A stretch of 64,000 nt of DNA from contig CBDEUS010000001.1 in the NCBI GenBank assembly GCA_965243395.1, positions 96,001-160,000 on the forward strand. Direction: 5' to 3'. This document shows, one piece after another, positions 51,545 to 61,815 of this stretch; position 1 is the stretch's first letter; each line of letters begins with the position of its first letter. The DNA comes from Gammaproteobacteria bacterium (lineage in GTDB: Bacteria; Pseudomonadota; Gammaproteobacteria; UBA4575). Under the pieces are notes generated by a model. The model ran no database searches, was not told the DNA's origin, and saw only the letters and a list, made by a program, of their open reading frames with translations. The translations under genes and the position numbers were made by a program.

Positions 51545-52516
51545 TTATACTAGCTTGTCGCGTGGAGTTTGCCCTGCCTCAAATGCGGCTAAGTTCTCCA
51601 ACACCCGGTTACCCATGGCAATTCGAGTTTCGACCGACGCACTACCTAAATGCGGAAGTAACACGGCATTTTCGAGTTCAATGAAACGCTCATCCAATTT
51701 TGGTTCACCTTCAAAGACATCCAAACCGGCGCCGGCTATTACTCCATTTTTAAGCGCATCGATAAGGGCGTCATTGTCCACAACATCGCCGCGTGCGGTG
51801 TTAATTAAAAATGCACTTGATTTCATCTTAGCCAAATTTTCTTTGCCCAATAAATGATAAGTGTCTTTGCCACCAGGACAGTGTACCGAAACAAAGTCGG
51901 ACTGAGCTAATACTTCATCAATCGAATCCACTTGAGTAGCACCAAATTTTTCTATTACTTCTGCGGGAGGTGGGTAAGGGTCTGTAAAAATAATGTTCAT
52001 TCCAAAGCCATGATGCGCGCGTTGTGCCATAGCTTGTGCAATGCGCCCCATGCCGATTAAGCCTAAGGTTTTACCCGTTACTTTAGTCGCTAATAAATGA
52101 GTAGGGCGCCAACCCGTCCATGATTTAGAGCGTAACTCTCTTTCACCTTCGCTGGTGCGGCGTGCAACGGTTAGCATTAATGTCATAGCGATGTCAGCCG
52201 TGCAATCCGTTAACACTTCAGGAGTATTGGTAACAGTCAATCCACGTGCTTTTGCTGCATCTAAATCGATGTGATTAAAGCCAACACCAAAATTTCCGAT
52301 GAACTTAGCACGTAAAGGCTCAGCGCTGAGTACTTCAGCATCTACAGGGTCGGTTACAGTTGGTAAAAACGCATCACATTCTCCTAAAGCAGCTTTCATT
52401 TCATCTTTAGTCATTGCAACATCGTTTTCATTAAGCTGTACGTCATATTTTTCTTTTAATGTCGCTTCAACTTCTGCTGGCCATGCTCGTGAGACAATTA
52501 CTTTTAATTTACTCAT
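51545..52516 (-). CDS. D-2-hydroxyacid dehydrogenase, probable hydroxypyruvate reductase
   Basis: GLIGMGRIA, INTARG and LPHLGSA; located inside the serine-cycle cluster. Confidence 0.8.
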   Translation of the reverse strand: MSKLKVIVSRAWPAEVEATLKEKYDVQLNENDVAMTKDEMKAALGECDAFLPTVTDPVDAEVLSAEPLRAKFIGNFGVGFNHIDLDAAKARGLTVTNTPEVLTDCTADIAMTLMLTVARRTSEGERELRSKSWTGWRPTHLLATKVTGKTLGLIGMGRIAQAMAQRAHHGFGMNIIFTDPYPPPAEVIEKFGATQVDSIDEVLAQSDFVSVHCPGGKDTYHLLGKENLAKMKSSAFLINTARGDVVDNDALIDALKNGVIAGAGLDVFEGEPKLDERFIELENAVLLPHLGSASVETRIAMGNRVLENLAAFEAGQTPRDKLV

Positions 52517-52563
52517 TTATTTTCTCCTGAATTTTTTCTCAGTCTTTAAAATTTTAAAATTGA

Positions 52564-53454
52564 CTAAGAAATGTCTTTCATGACTTTGGCCACAGTTGAG
52601 CCTAGCTCGGATGGGTTGGGAGCCACGACTACACCTGCTTCTTCTAACATCTCAACCTTTTCAGCTGCACTTTCACCTTTGCCAGAGACAATTGCACCGG
52701 CATGACCCATACGACGTCCTTTGGGTGCAGTGAGGCCCGCGATATAGGCCACTAACGGTTTGCTCATGTGATTTTTAAAGAACTCCGCAGCTTCAGCTTC
52801 TTGAGGTCCGCCGATTTCACCAATCATTAATACGGCTTTGGTCTCGGGGTCATTTTCAAATAATTCGAGAATATCGCGGTGAGATGAACCATTTATAGGG
52901 TCGCCACCAATTCCGATACTCGTACTAATTCCAATGCCTTCGGCTTTCATTTGTGAAGCACCTTCATAACCAAGTGTTCCGGATCGAGCAACAATTCCCA
53001 CGTTTCCTTGCTCATAAATATGGCCAGGCATAATTCCAAGTAAACACTTACCTGGGCTAATACTACCTGCACAGTTTGGTCCCGTAAGACGCATACGATC
53101 TTCTTTTTTATAACGAAACATATAGCGTTTAACGCGCATCATGTCTTGCGCAGGAATACCGTCTGTTATACATACGCAGGTTTTAATCCCGGAGTCAGCG
53201 GCTTCCATTACACCGTCTGCAGCAAATGCACCAGGAACGAAAACAATACTTGCGTCAGCACCTGTTTCTCCTACTGCGTCTTTCATGGTGTTGAACACGG
53301 GTAAGCCCATATGTGTTTGCCCACCTTTGCCGGGGGTTACACCACCCACAACATTGGTGCCGTATTCCATCATTTCTTCCGCGTGGAAAGTTCCAATTTT
53401 TCCTGTAAAGCCTTGCACAAGGACTTTCGTACTTTCATCAATCATTATTGTCAT
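52564..53454 (-). CDS. mtkB: malate-CoA ligase alpha subunit (SucD-like)
   Basis: QGFTG, GVTPGKGG, GPNC and MGHAGA; adjacent to mcl and mtkA. Confidence 0.85.
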   Translation of the reverse strand: MTIMIDESTKVLVQGFTGKIGTFHAEEMMEYGTNVVGGVTPGKGGQTHMGLPVFNTMKDAVGETGADASIVFVPGAFAADGVMEAADSGIKTCVCITDGIPAQDMMRVKRYMFRYKKEDRMRLTGPNCAGSISPGKCLLGIMPGHIYEQGNVGIVARSGTLGYEGASQMKAEGIGISTSIGIGGDPINGSSHRDILELFENDPETKAVLMIGEIGGPQEAEAAEFFKNHMSKPLVAYIAGLTAPKGRRMGHAGAIVSGKGESAAEKVEMLEEAGVVVAPNPSELGSTVAKVMKDIS

Positions 53455-53469
53455 TATTACTCTCCTTGC

Positions 53470-54645
53470 TTAACCGTTAGCAACACGATTGCGTTCAGCT
53501 ACAACTTTTTCTGCAGCCTCCGCAAGAGTGTCAGCAGTTATGATCGGTTGGCCACTGTCACTTAACATTTGCATACCTTTCTCTACGTTAGTTCCTGAAA
53601 GACGACACACAACAGGAACACGCACATCTAATTTTTCAAATGCTTGAATTACGCCTTCAGCAATCCAATCGCAGCGGTTAATGCCAGCAAAAATATTTAC
53701 CAACATTGCTTTAACATTTTCATCATCGAGTACGAGTTTGAATGCTTTTGCAACACGGTCAGGAGAAGCACCACCACCAATATCTAAAAAGTTTGCTGGT
53801 TCCCCACCTTTGTGTTTAATCATGTCCATTGTAGCCATGGCAAGACCGGCACCATTAATCATGCAGCCAATATCACCATCTAAACCTACGTAACTTAAAC
53901 CACGGTCTGATGCCGCTGTCTCACGTGGGTCTTCTTGTGATTTATCACGTAATTCTGCTATCTGGGGACGACGGAAAAGTGCATTGTCATCGAATCCCAT
54001 TTTCGCGTCTAAGGCGAGGATATGATCATCCTTGGTAACCACCATAGGATTGATTTCAACCATGGTTGCATCGTAATCACGAAACGCACGATAAGCACCT
54101 TTGATGCAACGTACTGCCTGACTAATAAGTTCAGGTTTAATACCAAGAGCGAAAGCCAATTCGCGTGCTTGAAAATCTCGCAAGCCAACAGCAGGTTCAA
54201 CTTCTAAACGATGAATCGCATCGGGTTTCGTAGCAGCAACTTCTTCAATATCCATGCCGCCTTCCGTTGAGGTGACAAAGACAACGCGTTGTTTGTTGCG
54301 ATCTAATACGAGTGCTAGATACAGTTCTTTTTCTATGTCGGTGGCTTGTTCTACATAAAGCCGATAAACAACTTTTCCACTGGGACCGGTTTGATGTGTC
54401 ACCAAACGTTTCCCTAATAATTCATCTGCAGCATTCCATATTTCTTCATCGTTGTTGCAAAGTTTGATGCCACCCGCCTTACCGCGAGCACCCGAGTGAA
54501 TCTGTGCTTTAATGGCCCATTTAGTGCCACCTATTTCTTTAGCGCGATATACAGCTTGTTCCGGACTGTATGCCAGTCCTCCAGGTGCGATACCTACACC
54601 GCATTCGGACAAAATTTCTTTTGCTTGGTACTCATGGATATCCAC
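53470..54645 (-). CDS. mtkA: malate-CoA ligase beta subunit (SucC-like)
   Basis: [20 protein letters not shown] and [10 protein letters not shown] (Mtk-type rather than the SucC-type GGIVRCD). Confidence 0.88.
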   Translation of the reverse strand: MDIHEYQAKEILSECGVGIAPGGLAYSPEQAVYRAKEIGGTKWAIKAQIHSGARGKAGGIKLCNNDEEIWNAADELLGKRLVTHQTGPSGKVVYRLYVEQATDIEKELYLALVLDRNKQRVVFVTSTEGGMDIEEVAATKPDAIHRLEVEPAVGLRDFQARELAFALGIKPELISQAVRCIKGAYRAFRDYDATMVEINPMVVTKDDHILALDAKMGFDDNALFRRPQIAELRDKSQEDPRETAASDRGLSYVGLDGDIGCMINGAGLAMATMDMIKHKGGEPANFLDIGGGASPDRVAKAFKLVLDDENVKAMLVNIFAGINRCDWIAEGVIQAFEKLDVRVPVVCRLSGTNVEKGMQMLSDSGQPIITADTLAEAAEKVVAERNRVANG

Positions 54646-54789
54646 TTAAATGCCTCCCGCGAATAATATTTATTATTTATTTTGTAAGTCTTGGTACTAA
54701 AGTATCAGACCAAGCTGAACTTTATAGCCTATTCTATTGGGCCACCACAAACTCTCATGTTGGGTAATTGCTCATGTTTTGAGCAAAGA

Positions 54790-54835
54790 TTTTTTAGCTG
54801 CCTATTAAATGAACTAAGAATAGACAGCTAAAAAA
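54790..54835 (-). terminator. long hairpin between mcl and mtkA
   Basis: TTTTTTAGCTGCCTATT...AATAGACAGCTAAAAAA. Confidence 0.5.
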
Positions 54836-54877
54836 ACAATATTAAAAGTAAGACTTTCAGATTTCTCTATATATTTT

Positions 54878-55819
54878 CTATGACTTAGCGGCAATTGCTT
54901 CTGCAGCTCGTACTACGTTCTCAGCCATTTTTGCAGATGCCGCGTCGATCATTTTTCCATCTAATGTTGCTGCGCCTTTGCCTTCTTTGGCTGCTTTTTC
55001 GAGTTCTTCTAGTATTCGATGTGCTTTGGCCACTTCTTCTTCGGGCGGGGAAAATACCTCATTCGCCATTTCGATTTGTGATGGGTGGATGGCCCATTTG
55101 CCTTCAATACCTAAAGCTGCCCCACGACGACATGCAAGCATGTAGCCTTCAGGGTCTTTGATATCACCAAATGGTCCGTCAATTGGGCGTAAACCATATG
55201 CGCGACAAGCAACCACCATGCGTGAAATAGCGGAGTGCCATTGATCACCAGGATAATCCGGGTTTAAGCCGCCGATGTTGACGGTGCGTGCACGGTTACT
55301 TGCTGAGTAATCAGCAACACCAAAGTGTAACGCTTCTAGGCGAGGGCTTGATTGTGCGATGGCTTCAACATTAGCCATTCCCAATGCAGTTTCGATAATT
55401 GCTTCAATGGCAATTTTGTTTTCAAATCCTTTAGCTTCTTCGATTTGAGTGAGTAGTGCATCCACCATATAAACATCAGCGGGGTCACCTACTTTAGGAA
55501 TAAAAATCGTGTCTAGCTTATTGCCTGCTTGTTCAACAAGATCAATAACGTCTCGATACATGTAATGAGTATCAAGACCATTGATTCGTACAACAATTGT
55601 TTTTCCTTTCCCAGCCCAATCGATATCGTTAACGGCTTCGATTGCGTTCTTGCGTGCTTGTACTTTGTCTCCAGGTGCAACCGCATCTTCTAAATCTAAA
55701 AATACGAAGTCGGCATCGCAGTCAGCTGATTTCTCAATCATCTTGACGTTGGATGCTGGAACAGCGAGTTCACATCGCTGTACTCTTTGTCTGGCAGGTG
55801 TTGGTTGTGTAAAACTCAT
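54878..55819 (-). CDS. mclA: malyl-CoA lyase
   Basis: RCELAVP, DLEDAVAP, RINGLDTHYMYRDV, IDGPFGD and GKWAIHPSQ. Confidence 0.92.
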   Translation of the reverse strand: MSFTQPTPARQRVQRCELAVPASNVKMIEKSADCDADFVFLDLEDAVAPGDKVQARKNAIEAVNDIDWAGKGKTIVVRINGLDTHYMYRDVIDLVEQAGNKLDTIFIPKVGDPADVYMVDALLTQIEEAKGFENKIAIEAIIETALGMANVEAIAQSSPRLEALHFGVADYSASNRARTVNIGGLNPDYPGDQWHSAISRMVVACRAYGLRPIDGPFGDIKDPEGYMLACRRGAALGIEGKWAIHPSQIEMANEVFSPPEEEVAKAHRILEELEKAAKEGKGAATLDGKMIDAASAKMAENVVRAAEAIAAKS

Positions 55820-55851
55820 AGTATGTACCTTCTATTTGTTATCTATTTTTC

Positions 55852-57132
55852 TCATTTATTTTTTTTAGCTTTTCTTTTTGTTGCTTTTTTCTTTGCAACA
55901 CGTGTTTCGCGAGGTGCTTTTGCGGAACCGTATTTTTTAATTTTCTTCCCAGTCTTACGATAGTACTCGCCTGCAGCCGCAACTCCGCTACCTGGTTTAA
56001 TTTTAATTCCAGCATCTAGTAGCGCCATTTCAACGGTACCCAATGCAGCCATCATGCGAGCTTCGTTATTATCGCCTAAGTGTCCTATGCGGAAAACCTT
56101 ACCGGCAACTTTCGATAATCCCGCACCTAAGGAAATGTTGTATTTATGGTATGCAATATGAATCACTTCATTGGCATCTTTATTTTCAGGAACAACAATG
56201 GCTGTAACCGTATCAGAATGCCATTTAGGTGAAACTGCACATGTTTTCAAACCCCATGCTTTAACTGCGCGACGTACACCCTCGGCTAGACGATTGTGAC
56301 GTTTGAATACATTTTCCAAACCTTCGTCTAGTAGCAAATCTATTGAAGCACGTAATCCACGGAGCATGGGTACAGAAGGCGTATAGGGGAAAAAGCCATC
56401 TTTATTAGTGTTCATGTGATCCTGAATGTCCAAGAAACAGCGAGCACAATTTGCTTTTTTACGTGCGGCTAACGCGCGCGGACTAAATGCGAGAATCGCC
56501 ATACCTGCTGGAAGCATGAAACCTTTTTGAGAACCACTCACAGCCACATCAACACCCCATTGATCCATACGGAAATCAATACTGGCTACAGAGCTTACAC
56601 AGTCCACCATTAACAATGCAGGATGTTTTATTTGTTTGAGCATTTTGCCAACAGCAGCAATATCACTGGTAACACCCGTAGCGGTTTCGTTGTGACAACA
56701 AATTACTGCCTTGATGTTATGATTTTTGTCGGCTTGTAGAATTTTCTTAAATTTTTCTACGGGTACGCCTTGGCCCCAAGGAGTTTCAATTAAGTCAACT
56801 TCTAAACCTATGCGCGTTGCTAGGTCATACCATAAATGACTGAACTGACCGAAACGAGTTGTTAAAATTTTGTCGCCTGGCGACATGGTGTTTGCTAAGG
56901 CAATTTCCCAACCTGCAGTTCCTGTTGCTGGAAACAGAAAACATGTGCCTTTAGTGGTCTTAAAGATTTTCTTAACATCTCTTAAAAGCGGTTTTACGAG
57001 TTCAGGAAAGTCTGGTGCACGGTGATCTTCCTGGGGAACGATCATTGCATTTTGAACTGCTTGAGGAATATGAGTTGGACCTGGGCAGAACAAATAATTT
57101 CTTCCAGGATTAGACAGCTTTTGACCAGGCAT
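55852..57132 (-). CDS. sgaA: serine-glyoxylate aminotransferase (class V)
   Basis: PGPT, TGTAGWE, HNETATGVTSD, SGSQKGFMLP and FRIGHLG. Confidence 0.9.
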   Translation of the reverse strand: MPGQKLSNPGRNYLFCPGPTHIPQAVQNAMIVPQEDHRAPDFPELVKPLLRDVKKIFKTTKGTCFLFPATGTAGWEIALANTMSPGDKILTTRFGQFSHLWYDLATRIGLEVDLIETPWGQGVPVEKFKKILQADKNHNIKAVICCHNETATGVTSDIAAVGKMLKQIKHPALLMVDCVSSVASIDFRMDQWGVDVAVSGSQKGFMLPAGMAILAFSPRALAARKKANCARCFLDIQDHMNTNKDGFFPYTPSVPMLRGLRASIDLLLDEGLENVFKRHNRLAEGVRRAVKAWGLKTCAVSPKWHSDTVTAIVVPENKDANEVIHIAYHKYNISLGAGLSKVAGKVFRIGHLGDNNEARMMAALGTVEMALLDAGIKIKPGSGVAAAGEYYRKTGKKIKKYGSAKAPRETRVAKKKATKRKAKKNK

Positions 57133-57361
57133 AAAATAAACCCTTATAAGTAAAATTTTAAAAATAAACGGATAAGCCCGTTTATATTTTCATTACTTCG
57201 GGCTATCAGATTCGCGGTAAATTATAGTTCGCGAAAAGCCCAGCATCTTGCCATAAGGCCTAAAACGGCTCAAGCAATTCGCATATAACGAGTTGGGTAT
57301 TATGGGTAAATTAATACAAATATAAGAATGTCTTTTAGCAATAAGACAAAGCAAATTTCAT

Positions 57362-58240
57362 TTACAAAGCATGTTGTAATTTTGCTGCATATAACGTGTT
57401 TTCTAATAGACAAGCTACCGTCATAGGGCCTGTTCCACCAGGCATAGGAGTAATTGCACCTGCGACGGTTTGCACTTGATCAAAATCCACATCCCCACGT
57501 ATGCCTTCATTTGTTCTTGTTACACCAACATCAATAACAGTCGCACCTGATTTAATGTGTTCTTTTTTTATGAGATGAGCGATACCAGCAGCGGCAATTA
57601 CAATATCTGCGTTTTGTGTGATTTCACCAATTTCACCACTGCGAGAATGAGCAAGTGTTACGGTTGCATCTACACCTTTACGACTTAGCAATAACACCTG
57701 AGGTAATCCAACAAGTGTAGAACGCCCAATTACAACAGCTTGTTTCCCCGCTGTTGATATTTGATAGTGTTCCAATATACGCATTACGCCTAAAGGTGTG
57801 CAAGGAACTAAACCATCAACACCGCGTATTAATTTTCCTAAATTATTTTTACTTAGACCATCTACATCTTTCTCGGGTGGAAGTAGATCAATGATGGCAT
57901 GTGTATCCAATTGTTTAGGTAGTGGTAATTGAATCAGAATTCCATGAACATTTTGATCTTCCGCAAGTTTGCTAATTTCATCACTCGCTTGTGACATTGA
58001 AATATTACTTGGTAACTCTACATGTTTAGATTGAATGCCAATTGCAGCAGCGCGACGTTCTTTCATACCAACATATAGTTTACTTGCAGGATCATCACCA
58101 ATTAAAACAGTTGCCAGTGTGATTTTTGAATTTGGAAATTGTGCAAGTTCTTTTTCAATTTTTGATTCAACAACGTTTGCAACGGTAGTTCCATCTAAAA
58201 GGATGGCTCCTCCAGGTGTTTTTTTAATTTCCGAACTCAT
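57362..58240 (-). CDS. folD: bifunctional methylene-THF dehydrogenase/cyclohydrolase
   Basis: YVGMK, KDVDG, PCTPLG, GRSTLVGLP and PGGTGPMT. Confidence 0.95.
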   Translation of the reverse strand: MSSEIKKTPGGAILLDGTTVANVVESKIEKELAQFPNSKITLATVLIGDDPASKLYVGMKERRAAAIGIQSKHVELPSNISMSQASDEISKLAEDQNVHGILIQLPLPKQLDTHAIIDLLPPEKDVDGLSKNNLGKLIRGVDGLVPCTPLGVMRILEHYQISTAGKQAVVIGRSTLVGLPQVLLLSRKGVDATVTLAHSRSGEIGEITQNADIVIAAAGIAHLIKKEHIKSGATVIDVGVTRTNEGIRGDVDFDQVQTVAGAITPMPGGTGPMTVACLLENTLYAAKLQHAL

Positions 58241-58281
58241 TTGAATATTATGCTTTAGAAAATCGTAAACTAATACCTCAT

Positions 58282-58319
58282 AAACTAAAAAGCCGCTATC
58301 AACAGCGGCTTTTTAGTTT
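58282..58319. terminator. intrinsic terminator-like hairpin after the fhcD-like gene
   Basis: AAACTAAAAAGCCGCT ATCAAC AGCGGCTTTTTAGTTT; 16-bp perfect stem. Confidence 0.75.
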
Positions 58320-58331
58320 TAGGATTTTTAT

Positions 58332-59255
58332 TTATTCGGCAGGTTGTTTGCTTGGGTCCAAGTAGATAAAACTCTTACCTAATCTTCCACCATAATTACC
58401 TGCAGAAATCATTAGCAATCCTGGAGTATCAACAGATGCTTTAATAGCAGCTTGCGTGGCATCAACAATTGGTTGCATGCCTTGCCCATTCATAATGATC
58501 TCCATTACGCAATTAACGCCTTCGGGTAACCCTGCTTCAACACTTGGGTCATCTTGTAATAAGGGGCAGAATTTTTCGTAAGTGCTGGCAATAGTGAAGT
58601 CATAATTACTTCCAGCTTTTGAACCACTGCCAGCAATACCGCCTGGGAATGTTGTAATTACTCCGGGCATGGGCAGAATGGCTTCAACACCTTTTTCGGC
58701 AGCAAGTAGTGCTGAATCGACACTGTCACCGAAGAACCAAAGGTTGCCGCCCATTAAGCCATCGGCATAACCCAATCGACGATCCAAAATAAACTCACCA
58801 CCTAAGATAGGAATCCACCACATCTTGCGACCAAAACGTTCGATACGTTTTTGATAACCATTACCGAAGTAAGCGACTTTGCGACCCATGTGGTAGTACT
58901 CTTCCGAGTCAACCAAATTGAAACAGGAAGCAGTGGGGCAGGTCATTACATTTTGACTAATACGCACAAGCGCAGAACGCTCCAGTGCTTTTACTCGGTC
59001 TTTGCGGAATCGCGGGACGTGTAACTGAACAATTGCACCAGGGCGACCATCTGGTGTTTCAAAACTTTCGTCACCGCCAGGCCCAACATAACGATCCATG
59101 CCTGCTTCACAATCACATAAAATTGAGCTAGAGGCATTTCCTGTACACGCATTAACGGCATGATCTAGCCATTTGCGATCACGTGCAGTGATTAAAAATT
59201 CTGTATATAGGCTTTTAAATGCTTCTGCATAGGTATCATCAATTTTTGCAGCCAT
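58332..59255 (-). CDS. formylmethanofuran:H4MPT formyltransferase (Ftr/FhcD) family protein
   Basis: IDDTYAEAF, TPDGRPG, TCPT, GGNL, SGSKAGS and ISAGNYGGRLG. Confidence 0.88.
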   Translation of the reverse strand: MAAKIDDTYAEAFKSLYTEFLITARDRKWLDHAVNACTGNASSSILCDCEAGMDRYVGPGGDESFETPDGRPGAIVQLHVPRFRKDRVKALERSALVRISQNVMTCPTASCFNLVDSEEYYHMGRKVAYFGNGYQKRIERFGRKMWWIPILGGEFILDRRLGYADGLMGGNLWFFGDSVDSALLAAEKGVEAILPMPGVITTFPGGIAGSGSKAGSNYDFTIASTYEKFCPLLQDDPSVEAGLPEGVNCVMEIIMNGQGMQPIVDATQAAIKASVDTPGLLMISAGNYGGRLGKSFIYLDPSKQPAE

Positions 59256-59272
59256 AATTTTCCCTTTTAATT

Positions 59273-59911
59273 TTAGTCGCGACCTTTTCCTTCATACACG
59301 CCAGCTTCAGTGACGACTTTGTCCATGAATACATCATGAGGTGCGACTAGAATTTCATCGAATAATTGTGATTCGTAGCATAATGCGACAAGAGGGCAGT
59401 CTGGACGTAATTGTTCCAGTAATCGATCATAGTAACCTTGACCGTTACCCATGCGCCCACCCATTTTGTCAAAACCAGTACCTGGGACCATGATGATATC
59501 GATTTCTTCAGGCTCAACTTCTTTTTCAGAATTGCCCCATAATTCTTTTGGTGGTTCAAGAATATTCCACTTGCCGACGACCATTTCTTCTAAACTTTCC
59601 ATCCACCAAAGGCCTAATTTGTTTTCACCGTTCTCGTCTTCAGTGCAATAAGGAACAATAATTTTCTTTTCACCTTTTTTTACTTCATCTAACAAGTGAG
59701 GTTTGGTGCGTGTTTCTGAGCGGCAATCGATATACCACATTGCAACATTAGCACTTTGATATTCAGGTAATGCCATAAAATTTTCACAAGCCTTGGCACT
59801 GACTTCTTCCTTGTTTTCTTGAGCGGCACGACGGTCGTACGCTTCTCGACGCATTTTATTTTTGCGTTCCATTACCTTTTCAAGTTCTTCAGGGGATAAT
59901 AATGTCGCCAT
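59273..59911 (-). CDS. 5-formyltetrahydrofolate cyclo-ligase
   Basis: ILEP, VPGTGFD, RMGNGQGYYDR and HDVFMDKVVTE. Confidence 0.92.
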   Translation of the reverse strand: MATLLSPEELEKVMERKNKMRREAYDRRAAQENKEEVSAKACENFMALPEYQSANVAMWYIDCRSETRTKPHLLDEVKKGEKKIIVPYCTEDENGENKLGLWWMESLEEMVVGKWNILEPPKELWGNSEKEVEPEEIDIIMVPGTGFDKMGGRMGNGQGYYDRLLEQLRPDCPLVALCYESQLFDEILVAPHDVFMDKVVTEAGVYEGKGRD

Positions 59912-60038
59912 CGACAGCTCCTTACAGAATATAGTTATATTTATTTAGTTATTGTAGCCGAGCGGGCAATCCTAAACTATTTAGGATAGCCGTGACAATT
60001 TGTGCTTTTTAGATAGGTACTCTCTGAGTTTCAGTGGC

Positions 60039-61736
60039 TTAATCGGAATCGGTTACTGCGCCTTTGGATGCAGATGACACTTGTGCAGCATATTTTGCCA
60101 AAACCCCACGTTTATAACGGGGTTTAGGTGCTTTCCAACTTTTTTTACGTTGCGTTAATTCTTTTTTGGTTAGGTTGACATTAATTTCGCGTTTTTGTGC
60201 ATCGATGGTTATTTGATCACCATTTTTAATGAGTGCGATGGGTCCGCCTACGGCAGCTTCTGGTGTTATGTGGCCTACAACAAATCCATGACTGCCTCCA
60301 GAAAAACGTCCATCCGTGATTAAAGCGACATCTTTGCCCAAACCTTTACCCATAATTGCAGATGTAGGTGAAAGCATTTCTCGCATACCAGGACCTCCTT
60401 GTGGCCCTTCGTAACGAATAACAATTACGTCACCTTTTTTTACGCTACCGTTTAATATTTTTTCTAATGCTTTTTCTTCAGAAGCAAATACACGGGCTTT
60501 ACCAGTAAAACTTAATCCTTCTTTACCAGAAATTTTTGCTACTGCTCCTTCGGGTGCGAGGTTGCCATATAAAATCACCAAGTGACTGTCTTTTTTAATC
60601 GGATTGTTAAAATCGTGAACAATATTTTGAGACTTAGGATAGGGTTTAACCTTTTTTAAATTTTCTGCCAATGTTTTTCCGGTGACGGTTAAACAGTCTC
60701 CATGCAATAGGCCTTTATTTAACAACATTTTCATTAATGGTTGTATGCCACCAATTTCAATCAGCTCTGACATCATGTATTTACCGCTTGGGCGTAAATC
60801 TGCAAGTACAGGAACCTTTTTCCCAACACGTGTAAATTCATCAATGTTGAGATTCACACCCATTGCATGCGCCATCGCGAGTAAATGTAAAACGGCATTC
60901 GTTGATCCACCTAAAGCAATTAATACTGTAATGGCATTTTGAAATGCTTTTTTTGTCATGATGTCTTTAGGCAATATATTTTTATTTAGTAAATTCATTA
61001 CAGCTTTGCCTGCTGCAATGCAATCATTTTGTTTTTCGTTTGAAATTGCATTTTGTGCCGAACTGTTAGGTAAGCTCATGCCTAAAGCTTCAATAGCTGA
61101 CGCCATTGTGTTTGCGGTATACATTCCACCACAAGAGCCCGCTCCCGGAATTGCACAAGATTCTACTTGTTTGAGTTGTTGGTCATTAATTTCTTTTTTT
61201 GCGTGCTGGCCAACTGCTTCAAAGACAGAGATTACATCTACTTTTTTATTTTTATAGTTCCCGGGCATGATGGTCCCGCCATATACGAATACGGCAGGGC
61301 GGTTAAGACGTGCTAAGGCCATCAAGCAGCCCGGCATATTTTTATCGCAGCCACCTATCGCCACCACACCATCAAAACCCTCGCAGCCGGCAACGGTTTC
61401 AATGGAATCAGCAATAACTTCCCTAGACACCAAAGAATATTTCATGCCTTCGGTGCCCATAGAGATTCCATCTGAGATAGTGATGGTATTGAAAATTACT
61501 GCTTTTCCTCCGGCTTGATTGGTACCCAGTGCAGCTTGATCCGCAAGCGTGTTGATATGCATATTGCATGGGGTAACCATGCTCCAAGTTGAAGCAATAC
61601 CTATTTGCGGTTTCTTGAAATCATCATCTTCAAAACCTACTGCGCGTAACATTGCACGGCTGGCCGCACGTTCGACCCCATCTACTACGATGGATGAATA
61701 TTTTCTTTTTTGGTTTTTAGTTTTTTGCTGTGCCAC
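60039..61736 (-). CDS. ilvD: dihydroxy-acid dehydratase
   Basis: [20 protein letters not shown] and TDGRFSGG. Confidence 0.97.
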   Translation of the reverse strand: MAQQKTKNQKRKYSSIVVDGVERAASRAMLRAVGFEDDDFKKPQIGIASTWSMVTPCNMHINTLADQAALGTNQAGGKAVIFNTITISDGISMGTEGMKYSLVSREVIADSIETVAGCEGFDGVVAIGGCDKNMPGCLMALARLNRPAVFVYGGTIMPGNYKNKKVDVISVFEAVGQHAKKEINDQQLKQVESCAIPGAGSCGGMYTANTMASAIEALGMSLPNSSAQNAISNEKQNDCIAAGKAVMNLLNKNILPKDIMTKKAFQNAITVLIALGGSTNAVLHLLAMAHAMGVNLNIDEFTRVGKKVPVLADLRPSGKYMMSELIEIGGIQPLMKMLLNKGLLHGDCLTVTGKTLAENLKKVKPYPKSQNIVHDFNNPIKKDSHLVILYGNLAPEGAVAKISGKEGLSFTGKARVFASEEKALEKILNGSVKKGDVIVIRYEGPQGGPGMREMLSPTSAIMGKGLGKDVALITDGRFSGGSHGFVVGHITPEAAVGGPIALIKNGDQITIDAQKREINVNLTKKELTQRKKSWKAPKPRYKRGVLAKYAAQVSSASKGAVTDSD

Positions 61737-61815
61737 TTTTACACCATGTATACATGTTGGTCCGCATAGTGTAGATGTTATGCGACTAAAATGTCAGCCT
61801 AAGTTTTAGTGAACC

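Noticed and set aside
52564-54645. TCA-cycle sucCD
   Set aside because: There is no sucAB context; adjacency to mcl, sga and ppc plus the FAGINRCD motif favour malate thiokinase
59912-60038. 6S RNA or a folate-related riboswitch upstream of the 5-formyl-THF cyclo-ligase
   Set aside because: The gap is only 127 nt, too short for ssrS; it holds one short hairpin and no recognisable ZTP or THF aptamer
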